Assembly: GCA_045612145.1 (NCBI GenBank)
Contig: JAZKYN010000113.1
Span: 1 to 44,234 of the forward strand
Direction of reading: 5' to 3'
DNA length: 44,234 nucleotides
Origin: Bacilli bacterium
GTDB taxonomy: Bacteria > Bacillota_I > Bacilli_A > ML615J-28 > CAG-313
The position numbers and the translations under genes were made by a program. The notes beneath the pieces were generated by a model, which had not been told where the DNA came from, did no database searches, and saw nothing but the letters and a program-made list of their open reading frames with translations. Shown piece after piece: positions 28,636 to 35,877 of the stretch (position 1 is the stretch's first letter; every line of letters starts with the position of its first letter).

Positions 28636-28950
28636 ATGAATAAAAAAATGTTATTATTAAGTATTTTAAATAATCCAACTAAAAGTCAAAATCAATATGT
28701 AGTGAGATACGATAGAGGAGATGAGTATGGATACTATTGTGAAGGTGTATATTATGGTAAAGATGGTTTTGAAGTATTAGAGAATGTTAATAAGTTTAAA
28801 ATATTTAGTTATGAAGAAGTTAAAGAATTAGATTTTGAAGACTTAAATGAAGTATTAAGAAGAGAATGTGATTGTGAAGATTTAGAAGTTAATTTTGAAT
28901 ATATTAGTTTATATAATTTAGTTTTGGAATATTTAATAGAAACTTTATAA
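28636..28950 (+). CDS. Hypothetical protein, C-poor coding sequence
   Basis: Promoter, AAGGAG RBS. Confidence 0.75.
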   Translation: MNKKMLLLSILNNPTKSQNQYVVRYDRGDEYGYYCEGVYYGKDGFEVLENVNKFKIFSYEEVKELDFEDLNEVLRRECDCEDLEVNFEYISLYNLVLEYLIETL

Positions 28951-29036
28951 AACTAATAATTAAGAAAGTACGTCAATTTGGGATGTGCTTTTATTTTTAT
29001 ATATGATATAATATATTTGTAAGTGAGGTAAGTAAT

Positions 29037-29252
29037 ATGAATAAAAGAGTATTTGAAATTAAATTAGAAGTTATTGGTATTGATGTATTAATGTTAATTT
29101 TAAGATGTAATGGAGAAATATTAGAAGTTTTAGAAGAAGATTGTATTGATAATATTTTAATTGAAGTTGGAGAATTTTATAGTAGATTAGAAAAGTATAA
29201 TTTTGATTTAAGATTTGATAAGTTAAAATTAAATATTGATTTTGAATATTAG
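29037..29252 (+). CDS. Hypothetical protein encoded with no cytosine (paralog of 26342..26581)
   Basis: Promoter, GAGGT RBS; no C in 28989-29339. Confidence 0.7.
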   Translation: MNKRVFEIKLEVIGIDVLMLILRCNGEILEVLEEDCIDNILIEVGEFYSRLEKYNFDLRFDKLKLNIDFEY

Positions 29253-29416
29253 TTTAAATTAAATAAGTAAATATTAAGTTATAATTATTATGTGAATATA
29301 TTGAAGTAGTAGTTATAATTTAATATTTTTATTTGAAGTCACGTCAATTATTACTTTACTTATAGATTAAACTATGATATAATATATAATGTAAGAAAGA
29401 GAGAGGAATAAATATT

Positions 29417-29710
29417 ATGAAAATTAGAACAATTGAAAATGAAGAAATTATTGTAAGATGTGAAGACAACAGTGACGTTGAAATTATTAGTAAAAGTACA
29501 AATAGAAATTATGTAGTTTATGAATGTGTAGGACCGATCGACAATTCTAGAACAGATATGTATGTAGTATTTGATATGACAGATGAAAGTGAAAGTCCAG
29601 TATTAGTTGACTATATATTTATTTGTGGACCGACTGAAGAATTAGAAGACTATTTAGACTTTGATGTTTACATTAAGGAATATGAAAAGAAATTAAGTAC
29701 GTCAATCTAA
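29417..29710 (+). CDS. Acidic hypothetical early protein
   Basis: Promoter, GAGG RBS. Confidence 0.8.
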   Translation: MKIRTIENEEIIVRCEDNSDVEIISKSTNRNYVVYECVGPIDNSRTDMYVVFDMTDESESPVLVDYIFICGPTEELEDYLDFDVYIKEYEKKLSTSI

Positions 29711-29771
29711 GATGTACTTTTTCTTTATAATGTAGTATAATAATATTGTAAGAAAGAAAGAGGAAATAATT

Positions 29772-30038
29772 ATGTACAACACAAAACTATTAAACAAATT
29801 TTATGAAGCTTTATTCTCAACTGATTTTAATGACTTTGAAACTGCAACACAAAACATGAAGACAGATTGTTTAGAAACATGTACAGACTTTGATTCTTGG
29901 ACAAATAAGTTAGTAGATACTTTTGTTGAAGAATATGATGTAGACAAAAATCAATTAGTTCAAGACATGAAAAACGATTCTAACTTTATGGAAGACTTAA
30001 GATTTGAATACGACGACTTAGTTGATATGTTAGATTAA
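29772..30038 (+). CDS. Acidic hypothetical early protein
   Basis: Promoter, GAGG RBS. Confidence 0.8.
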   Translation: MYNTKLLNKFYEALFSTDFNDFETATQNMKTDCLETCTDFDSWTNKLVDTFVEEYDVDKNQLVQDMKNDSNFMEDLRFEYDDLVDMLD

Positions 30039-30130
30039 GTTTTAAAGTACGTCAATTGTTGATGTACTTTTTTCTTTACTTTTGATATAATATATTTGTA
30101 AGTTGATTACAGAAAGAGAGAAATAAAACT

Positions 30131-30427
30131 ATGAATAAAATAAATAAAATCTTAAATAATGTTAAAGAAGAAAGTAAAGACTTAGTAAAGTCTGAAATGA
30201 CTAGAGTACAAAAAGACTTTAGTAAATTAACTGAAGACGAAAAAGAAACTGTTTACTGTACTGTCGGAACAATCGGATTTGTATTTGATGATATGTCTGA
30301 ATATGAAATTAACAACACTCCGGTTCAATTTGATGAAGATGTATTTTTAGATTCTTTAGACGAAAATACTAAAATAGATTTATGTACTTTAGTTGTTGAA
30401 TATTGTACTGAAGAAGACTGTGAATAA
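30131..30427 (+). CDS. Acidic hypothetical early protein
   Basis: Promoter, ORF, terminator after the stop. Confidence 0.8.
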   Translation: MNKINKILNNVKEESKDLVKSEMTRVQKDFSKLTEDEKETVYCTVGTIGFVFDDMSEYEINNTPVQFDEDVFLDSLDENTKIDLCTLVVEYCTEEDCE

Positions 30428-30516
30428 AACAGTCTTTTTTATTTTACGTCAATTCAAGATATACTTTTTTCTTTAGTTGTGATATAATATAAATGTAAAT
30501 GAGTGAGGTAAGTATT

Positions 30517-30672
30517 ATGGTTAAAGTTAAATTTGAATATCGTGACGAAATGTCAAAAGGTGAATGGAGGCAACAAGAATGTATTGTTAGTTCCGTTCAA
30601 GAATGTAAAAGAATTTATGGTTTAGGAATTGATTGTGAGTATAGAATTATTGATGTTAAGGAGGTAAAATAA
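30517..30672 (+). CDS. Small hypothetical protein, 51 aa
   Basis: Promoter, GAGGT RBS; below the track cutoff. Confidence 0.75.
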   Translation: MVKVKFEYRDEMSKGEWRQQECIVSSVQECKRIYGLGIDCEYRIIDVKEVK

Positions 30673-30673
30673 T

Positions 30674-30847
30674 ATGTTTGAACTTAGATATGGTTATCAT
30701 CGTGATAATATAGAGAAAAAAGAACTCTACGATAATCTTGACGTTGCAAAAGCTGAAGCTTTATATCGTTCAGACAAACACTTTGCTTATGATTTTGTAG
30801 TCTTAACAAATGTAGATGATAATATAGTTCTTTATGAACGATATTAA
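30674..30847 (+). CDS. Small hypothetical protein, 57 aa
   Basis: AAGGAGGT RBS; coupled to the previous gene. Confidence 0.75.
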   Translation: MFELRYGYHRDNIEKKELYDNLDVAKAEALYRSDKHFAYDFVVLTNVDDNIVLYERY

Positions 30848-30945
30848 GTAAAGAGAATATTAAATATCAAGTAGAGTACGTCAGATAGTACTTTACTTTT
30901 TCTTTATATTAATGTATAATATAATTGTAAGGGAGGAAATTAATT

Positions 30946-31269
30946 ATGAATAACTATCAAGAAGCATTAAATAATGTTAAAAGAGTTTATGTAGAAAGTG
31001 ACCATTATGATGAAGAAGATATTAGACTACTACAAGAACTTGTAGACAGAGAAGTTCCTTTAACTCCGACTTATAAAAATACTTATATTGAACATAAAGA
31101 ACATTATTTAGATAAAGATTATGAAATGAAGTATCATTGTCCAAAGTGTGATTCAATAGTTTATCCAATTGGTAGATGTAGTAAGTGTCATCAAAACTTA
31201 GATTGGAATAAGTATTATATTATTGAAGTGGAAGACGGACATACTTATTATAGAAATAGGAGGGATTAA
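30946..31269 (+). CDS. Zinc-ribbon phage protein
   Basis: CPKC...CSKCHQNLDW. Confidence 0.8.
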   Translation: MNNYQEALNNVKRVYVESDHYDEEDIRLLQELVDREVPLTPTYKNTYIEHKEHYLDKDYEMKYHCPKCDSIVYPIGRCSKCHQNLDWNKYYIIEVEDGHTYYRNRRD

Positions 31270-31270
31270 C

Positions 31271-31555
31271 ATGAGAGATTGTTATAATAGAATTACACCT
31301 AACTTTGAAGAGTGGGAAAAATTAGGTTGGATTTGCACAGAGATTCATGAACAAACATTTACACTTTCTAGACCAGATGATTGTTATTTAGACTTCGACC
31401 AAATTGTTTTCGAATTATATGAAGAAGATAAGACTCCAAAAGTATGGAAAGAAAACATTAGTTTAGATGGTTGTAGAAAGTTAGATTTTACACCTGAAGA
31501 ACAACTTCAAGTAAATAAAGATATTCAAAACTACTATGAAGAAATTAAAAAATAA
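31271..31555 (+). CDS. Hypothetical protein
   Basis: AGGAGG RBS favours ATG 31271. Confidence 0.75.
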   Translation: MRDCYNRITPNFEEWEKLGWICTEIHEQTFTLSRPDDCYLDFDQIVFELYEEDKTPKVWKENISLDGCRKLDFTPEEQLQVNKDIQNYYEEIKK

Positions 31556-31573
31556 TCTGGAGGGACAAGCAGT

Positions 31574-31738
31574 ATGATTAAACTAGAATTAACTGAAGAA
31601 GAACTACAATTCATCTACGATCGCTGTTCAGCTAAAGCTGCAAGACTAGAAGACAGTAATTTAGAAGACACACCATGTTATAGACTATCTTGGATTATTA
31701 TGAACAAGATAATTGAAGCAAAGAAGAATAAAAATTAA
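31574..31738 (+). CDS. Small hypothetical protein, 54 aa
   Basis: GGAGG RBS; below the track cutoff. Confidence 0.7.
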   Translation: MIKLELTEEELQFIYDRCSAKAARLEDSNLEDTPCYRLSWIIMNKIIEAKKNKN

Positions 31739-31802
31739 AAAAGAGGAAAAAATATGAAAAGGAATATTGTATATTATTATAGAGATAGAGGAGGCGGACT
31801 CA

Positions 31803-32018
31803 ATGGAAACTTATAAATGCTGTATATGTGGAAAGGAACACACTGGTTGGGGTAATAATCCACAAGGCGCTGTAGATACTAGCAAGAAAGTAATTCAGTG
31901 GTCTGAATTAGATCGCTGCTGTGATGAATGTAATCATAAGTATGTACTTCCTGGTCGTATGTTTAGATTCTACAGAACAATTAAAAACGAATCATTAGTT
32001 AAAAGAGAGACTGAGTAA
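31803..32018 (+). CDS. Zinc-binding phage protein
   Basis: CCICG...GWGNNP...RCCDECN; GGAGG RBS. Confidence 0.8.
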   Translation: METYKCCICGKEHTGWGNNPQGAVDTSKKVIQWSELDRCCDECNHKYVLPGRMFRFYRTIKNESLVKRETE

Positions 32019-32044
32019 CATCAGTCTTTTTTATTTAATTAGTT

Positions 32045-32170
32045 GTTCAGTAATTGTTCAGAATCAGATCGATGCGAATCATGTAGTAGCTTTGGTTTCA
32101 CTAAATTAGTGTGAAGTAGTTTGGATTATTACGATGCGCGATCTGATTCAACTTATGATTCGGGTAATTT
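32045..32170. repeat. GATC/GAWTC-rich intergenic block 2
   Basis: CACTAAATTAGTG at 32099, TTACGATGCG, clustered GATC/GAWTC between a terminator and an ACGTCA promoter. Confidence 0.65.
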
Positions 32171-32253
32171 GAGATAGTACGTCAGTTCTGAATTTACAAT
32201 TATATTAATTTGTGATATAATATATATGTAAATGAATAAAGGAGTGCTTAACT

Positions 32254-32421
32254 ATGACAACAATTCATCTTATTAAATTAATTATTAATATTCTACTTAC
32301 TATTACATGTGTTTGGTGGGTAGCAGTAGAACAAAACTTTTGGTCTATTTCTATGCTTGTTTTAAATATTAGTAGTTTATTTTTAAGAGGTGTTTTAATA
32401 GGAGCAGATATTCAAAAATAA
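32254..32421 (+). CDS. Small membrane protein, 55 aa
   Basis: Promoter, AAGGAG RBS; two hydrophobic segments. Confidence 0.7.
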   Translation: MTTIHLIKLIINILLTITCVWWVAVEQNFWSISMLVLNISSLFLRGVLIGADIQK

Positions 32422-32505
32422 TTTATTGTAGAAAATTAAAAAAATTTAAAAATTTTTGGGTGAAATATTGTATAATATTAATGGAAGTAAGTGAGGTACA
32501 ATTAA

Positions 32506-32841
32506 ATGATTAAAAAAGCAATATTAAAAAAATTAACTAAAGAACAAGCAGCAGCAATTATCAGTAAAAGTAAATACTTAACACGTGACTATGAAGCATT
32601 TGTTGATGACTATGAATTCGGCGACGTCGACAGTGGTTTCGGTCAAGGTAATTTCTTTACATTAGACGAAGATAAAACAAAAATTGTAATCCAATGGTTA
32701 GACGACAATTATACTGCTTATGAAATTATTGTTGATAGTTTAGAAGAATGTATTGTTAGACTTAAAGAAATTGAAGACTGCGAAGGTAATGTTGATTTAG
32801 ATAAATCAGAAATTGTAATTGATAGTTATAAAATGGACTAG
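32506..32841 (+). CDS. Hypothetical protein (paralog of 34525..34845)
   Basis: Shared TKE.A..IISK, GF..GNFFTLD.D.TK.V.QW, DSLEE. Confidence 0.8.
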   Translation: MIKKAILKKLTKEQAAAIISKSKYLTRDYEAFVDDYEFGDVDSGFGQGNFFTLDEDKTKIVIQWLDDNYTAYEIIVDSLEECIVRLKEIEDCEGNVDLDKSEIVIDSYKMD

Positions 32842-32849
32842 AGGTAAAA

Positions 32850-32999
32850 ATGACTGAACTTGATATGTTTTGGAACGGGTTTATAGAAGCATACAACAGA
32901 ACTTTAGTTTATGGACTTGTACATATTCTCGTGCTATGTTTATTTATAATTTTCGGTATTGTCGGTCCGATTATTGTTTATAGTAATAGAAACAGATAG
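32850..32999 (+). CDS. Small membrane protein, 49 aa
   Basis: GAGGT RBS; one hydrophobic segment; terminator follows. Confidence 0.65.
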   Translation: MTELDMFWNGFIEAYNRTLVYGLVHILVLCLFIIFGIVGPIIVYSNRNR

Positions 33000-33059
33000 T
33001 TAAGTTATCTGTTTTTTTATTTTTCACTGTATAATATATTGTAGAGGAGAAGAACTATT

Positions 33060-33275
33060 ATGGTAGAAGAAGTAATGACTATGGAATTTGAAGACGACTT
33101 TAAAAAAGAGTTGATCAGTATTATTAAACAATCACTAAAAGGTACTAAACTTACAGAACGTGAAGTAACGATCCTATTTAATTGGGTAAGACATCAGAAC
33201 GATCCAGCGTTTAGTTTTGTACCAATTAAGTATAGAACTATTAAACCTGAAAGATCAAAGAAGAAAGGAAAGTAG
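33060..33275 (+). CDS. Hypothetical protein
   Basis: TGTATAAT promoter, AGGAG RBS. Confidence 0.7.
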   Translation: MVEEVMTMEFEDDFKKELISIIKQSLKGTKLTEREVTILFNWVRHQNDPAFSFVPIKYRTIKPERSKKKGK

Positions 33276-33279
33276 AAGT

Positions 33280-33558
33280 ATGGGTTATAAAGAAGACTTA
33301 GCAGCAGCAATGAAAAGACAGAACGATCTGATCGTACAACAAGTGTTACTACAAATAATTGGTATCGTCGCAGAATCAGAAACGTACGATGAATTTAGAA
33401 AGAAGATGTATGGTATCGCATTAGGATATTTAAAAGACATGGAACAAATGGGTGTCAGTCCAGACAAACTAAATCAGATGTCCGATGCGATCGATCAACA
33501 GTTTAATGTCACTAAAATTAAAGAACCAGAAATGACAGATGACATGTTTATAATTTAA
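33280..33558 (+). CDS. Hypothetical protein
   Basis: ATG 4 nt after the previous stop. Confidence 0.7.
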   Translation: MGYKEDLAAAMKRQNDLIVQQVLLQIIGIVAESETYDEFRKKMYGIALGYLKDMEQMGVSPDKLNQMSDAIDQQFNVTKIKEPEMTDDMFII

Positions 33559-33671
33559 GTTGTCTAATAATGTAGTTTCACGTCAGTTCAGAGTTAGCAA
33601 ATATTACCAATTATGTTATAATTATATTGTAAGTTAAATAAAGAAACTTATAGAAATGGAGTATAATTATT

Positions 33672-33956
33672 ATGAACTTGACAAAAGTACAAGGTTGTTA
33701 TTCTAAAGAATTAAGAGAAGCAACACCAACAATTAAATTATGTTTAAAAGAAAGAAGTATATCAGTTAAACAAATGATTGATATAGTAGATGCAATTATT
33801 GAACCAGCACACATTAATGCTGAAGCAAAGAAAAGATTTATTACTAACTTACACAAATGTGAAACAAAAGAACAAGTTGACAAGTTGTGTTATGAAGCAG
33901 TAATTCATGGAATGTATTATCAACCAAAGAAACAAAGAGAAGTAGTTAGAGTATAA
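33672..33956 (+). CDS. Hypothetical early protein
   Basis: Promoter, GGAG RBS, terminator. Confidence 0.75.
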   Translation: MNLTKVQGCYSKELREATPTIKLCLKERSISVKQMIDIVDAIIEPAHINAEAKKRFITNLHKCETKEQVDKLCYEAVIHGMYYQPKKQREVVRV

Positions 33957-33999
33957 CTACTTTTTTATTTACTTTTATTTCAGAATACGTTATAACAAT

Positions 34000-34220
34000 G
34001 TCGAGGAACAGATCAGAAGAACGATCTGATTCAGAAGTTTATTCACTAAATTTAGTATGACAGTTACGATGTAGATGAATCAGATCACGATGCGTGATTC
34101 GACGATCGGTATTCAGGATGGGGGGTAACGATCCGATTCAAGTAAAGGTGATACTAAATTTAGTGTGGATTCAGGATACAGTTACGATGCGTGATCAGAT
34201 GAATATGATGAATATCGGAC
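34000..34220. repeat. GATC/GAWTC-rich intergenic block 3 (internally duplicated)
   Basis: ACTAAATTTAGT at 34045 and 34153; CAGTTACGATG twice; CGATGCGTGAT twice; GGATGGGGGG; six GATC. Confidence 0.75.
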
Positions 34221-34295
34221 ACGTCAATTGTTTGTTTATTTATAAAATAAAATATGATATAATATTATTGTGAGTAAGTTAAACGGGAGATTGAT

Positions 34296-34445
34296 ATGGG
34301 TGATTATATAGTTATAATGAATTTAATTACAATAGGAATATCTATAAGTATATGTTTAATATTAATAGTAATAGTAGGAATATTTTTAGATACGAATGAA
34401 GAAAAAGAAAGTAATGAATATTTAGAAGATTGTTGTAAAGATTAA
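34296..34445 (+). CDS. Small membrane protein, 49 aa, C-poor
   Basis: Promoter, GGGAG RBS; Ile-rich helix and acidic tail. Confidence 0.6.
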   Translation: MGDYIVIMNLITIGISISICLILIVIVGIFLDTNEEKESNEYLEDCCKD

Positions 34446-34524
34446 GACACGTCAGTTTAACGTGTCTTTTTATTTAGATATATATTATAATATAATTGTA
34501 AATAAATAAGAGAGGTACATAAAT

Positions 34525-34845
34525 ATGACAGAATTAAAAAGATATACAAAAGAAGAAGCACAAAAGATTATTTCTAAACATGCAGATATGATTTCAGACA
34601 TTGAAGACTTAGGTGAAGATTATAATAATGGAACATTAAATCACGGTTTCAGTTGTGGTAACTTCTTTACATTAGACACAGATGAAACTAAAGTAGTTGT
34701 TCAATGGATGATTGATGGTGATAATGCAACAGAAGCAGTTGCAGATAGTTTAGAAGAATTAGTAGTTTGGTTATATGTTATTGAATACTACGGTGGCGAA
34801 TGTAAATTAAAAGACGGTAAAGTTGTTTGTCTAACACGTCAATAA
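34525..34845 (+). CDS. Hypothetical protein (paralog of 32506..32841)
   Basis: Promoter, GAGGT RBS; clear similarity to the 32506 protein. Confidence 0.8.
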   Translation: MTELKRYTKEEAQKIISKHADMISDIEDLGEDYNNGTLNHGFSCGNFFTLDTDETKVVVQWMIDGDNATEAVADSLEELVVWLYVIEYYGGECKLKDGKVVCLTRQ

Positions 34846-34902
34846 TTACTTTACTTATAGTATATAATATGATATAATATAATTGTAAGGAGAATAAAGA
34901 TT

Positions 34903-35049
34903 ATGATTACAGTATACAAAGAAAATGGTAAAGTTGATATTGGAGGTTCAATTAAATTAACATTATGTTTTTTGGTAGGTGTAATAATTGCAGGCGTATT
35001 GTCTGTACCACCAGTAGTTTGGTTGCTTTTGTATATTGCTAATCATTAA
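34903..35049 (+). CDS. Small membrane protein, 48 aa
   Basis: Promoter, AAGGAG RBS; hydrophobic C-terminal half. Confidence 0.7.
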   Translation: MITVYKENGKVDIGGSIKLTLCFLVGVIIAGVLSVPPVVWLLLYIANH

Positions 35050-35104
35050 AAAAATACGTCAGTAATTACTTTACAAAATAAAAATAATATTGTATAATAT
35101 ATAT

Positions 35105-35737
35105 GTAAGGTTGATAAGGATGAGCTTACGAGAGGGCACAAGAGTATACGGCATCGTAAGAAACTTCACAATTGTAAAAAGATTCCGCGTCCGGCTCTGA
35201 TGCGATAAGTCTTACCTTACTTAATATATCTTCTGTGTAAAGAGTTTATTATTATATATAGTAAATTGTTTAGGCCGAAGATATACGTGTCGAGGCGTAT
35301 TTATAGCTCAATACACTACTGTTGTATAACAGCAAATATTGAATACTATAATGGAGCAAGGGTAGCGTCAGCGGCGCAAGTTTGCAGGTAGCATGTAGGA
35401 GAAACCTGAAGTATTAGATAGGAAGTCCGGAGCCGACAAGTGGTGTGAGTCCACTTCTAATGCGATACCATATCACCAACCCCTGGTGGGCAAGAGCGTA
35501 GTTCATTGTGTGGTTCAATTCCACAGTGGTGCCGTCTGAACAACGAGAGTTCAAAACACAAATAGTTTAACGAGGCATGTAAAGTCCTACGTCGTAGTTT
35601 GGGGCCTAAGAAGTAGTTGCAAATACTTCGTGTTAAACTTAACTTTGAGGATTACTTGTTTATACTTGTTTCATATATTTACTCCTTTCTGCGGCGAAAG
35701 CCATAAATTAGACATTCTATATTAGAGTGTCTTTTTT
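35105..35737 (+). ncRNA. Large (~630 nt) structured non-coding RNA with two tRNA T-arm-like elements
   Basis: Own ACGTCA promoter (TATAAT 35093) and terminator (35710-35737); no ORF; raised GC; helices 35105-11/35214-20, 35125-31/35154-60, 35225-33/35277-85, 35564-71/35632-39; T-arms 35438-56 and 35509-25; GGC-GAAA-GCC. Confidence 0.8.
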
Positions 35738-35877
35738 ATTTGTACGTCAGTTCAAACTTTACTTTGAGATATATTTATTATATAATTATATTGTGAGTAG
35801 CTATTATTGTATAAAAAATGTAAAAGTTTATTGTATAATATTATGAATGCAAAGTAAAGCAGTAGGAGGTATTCAAT

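Larger units (their letters stand above)
22634..35786 (+). promoter_or_regulatory. Array 2 of ACGTCR-N8-(-35)-N17-TATAAT promoters (25 copies)
   Basis: ACGTCR at 22634, 23033, 23586, 24735, 25469, 25857, 26266, 26625, 27079, 27391, 28081, 28562, 28970, 29341, 29699, 30049, 30446, 30878, 32179, 33580, 34221, 34449, 34836, 35056, 35744; TATAAT always begins 37 nt after the motif start. Confidence 0.9.

Noticed and set aside
35185-35437. RNase P RNA or tmRNA
   Set aside because: AGGAAGTCCGG and CCGGCT recall the RNase P P4 strands but occur in reversed order and other conserved regions are not evident; no tmRNA-type ends or tag ORF. A permuted form cannot be excluded without a covariance search
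35405-35535. Canonical tRNA genes, including a UCA suppressor tRNA
   Set aside because: T-arms and acceptor-like stems are present, but I could not build D and anticodon arms with correct spacing; no suppressor tRNA is visible in this window
7832-35786. CRISPR array or true integron attC sites
   Set aside because: The repeats are degenerate promoters separated by whole genes of variable length; no cas or integrase gene, and no GTTRRRY core pattern noticed
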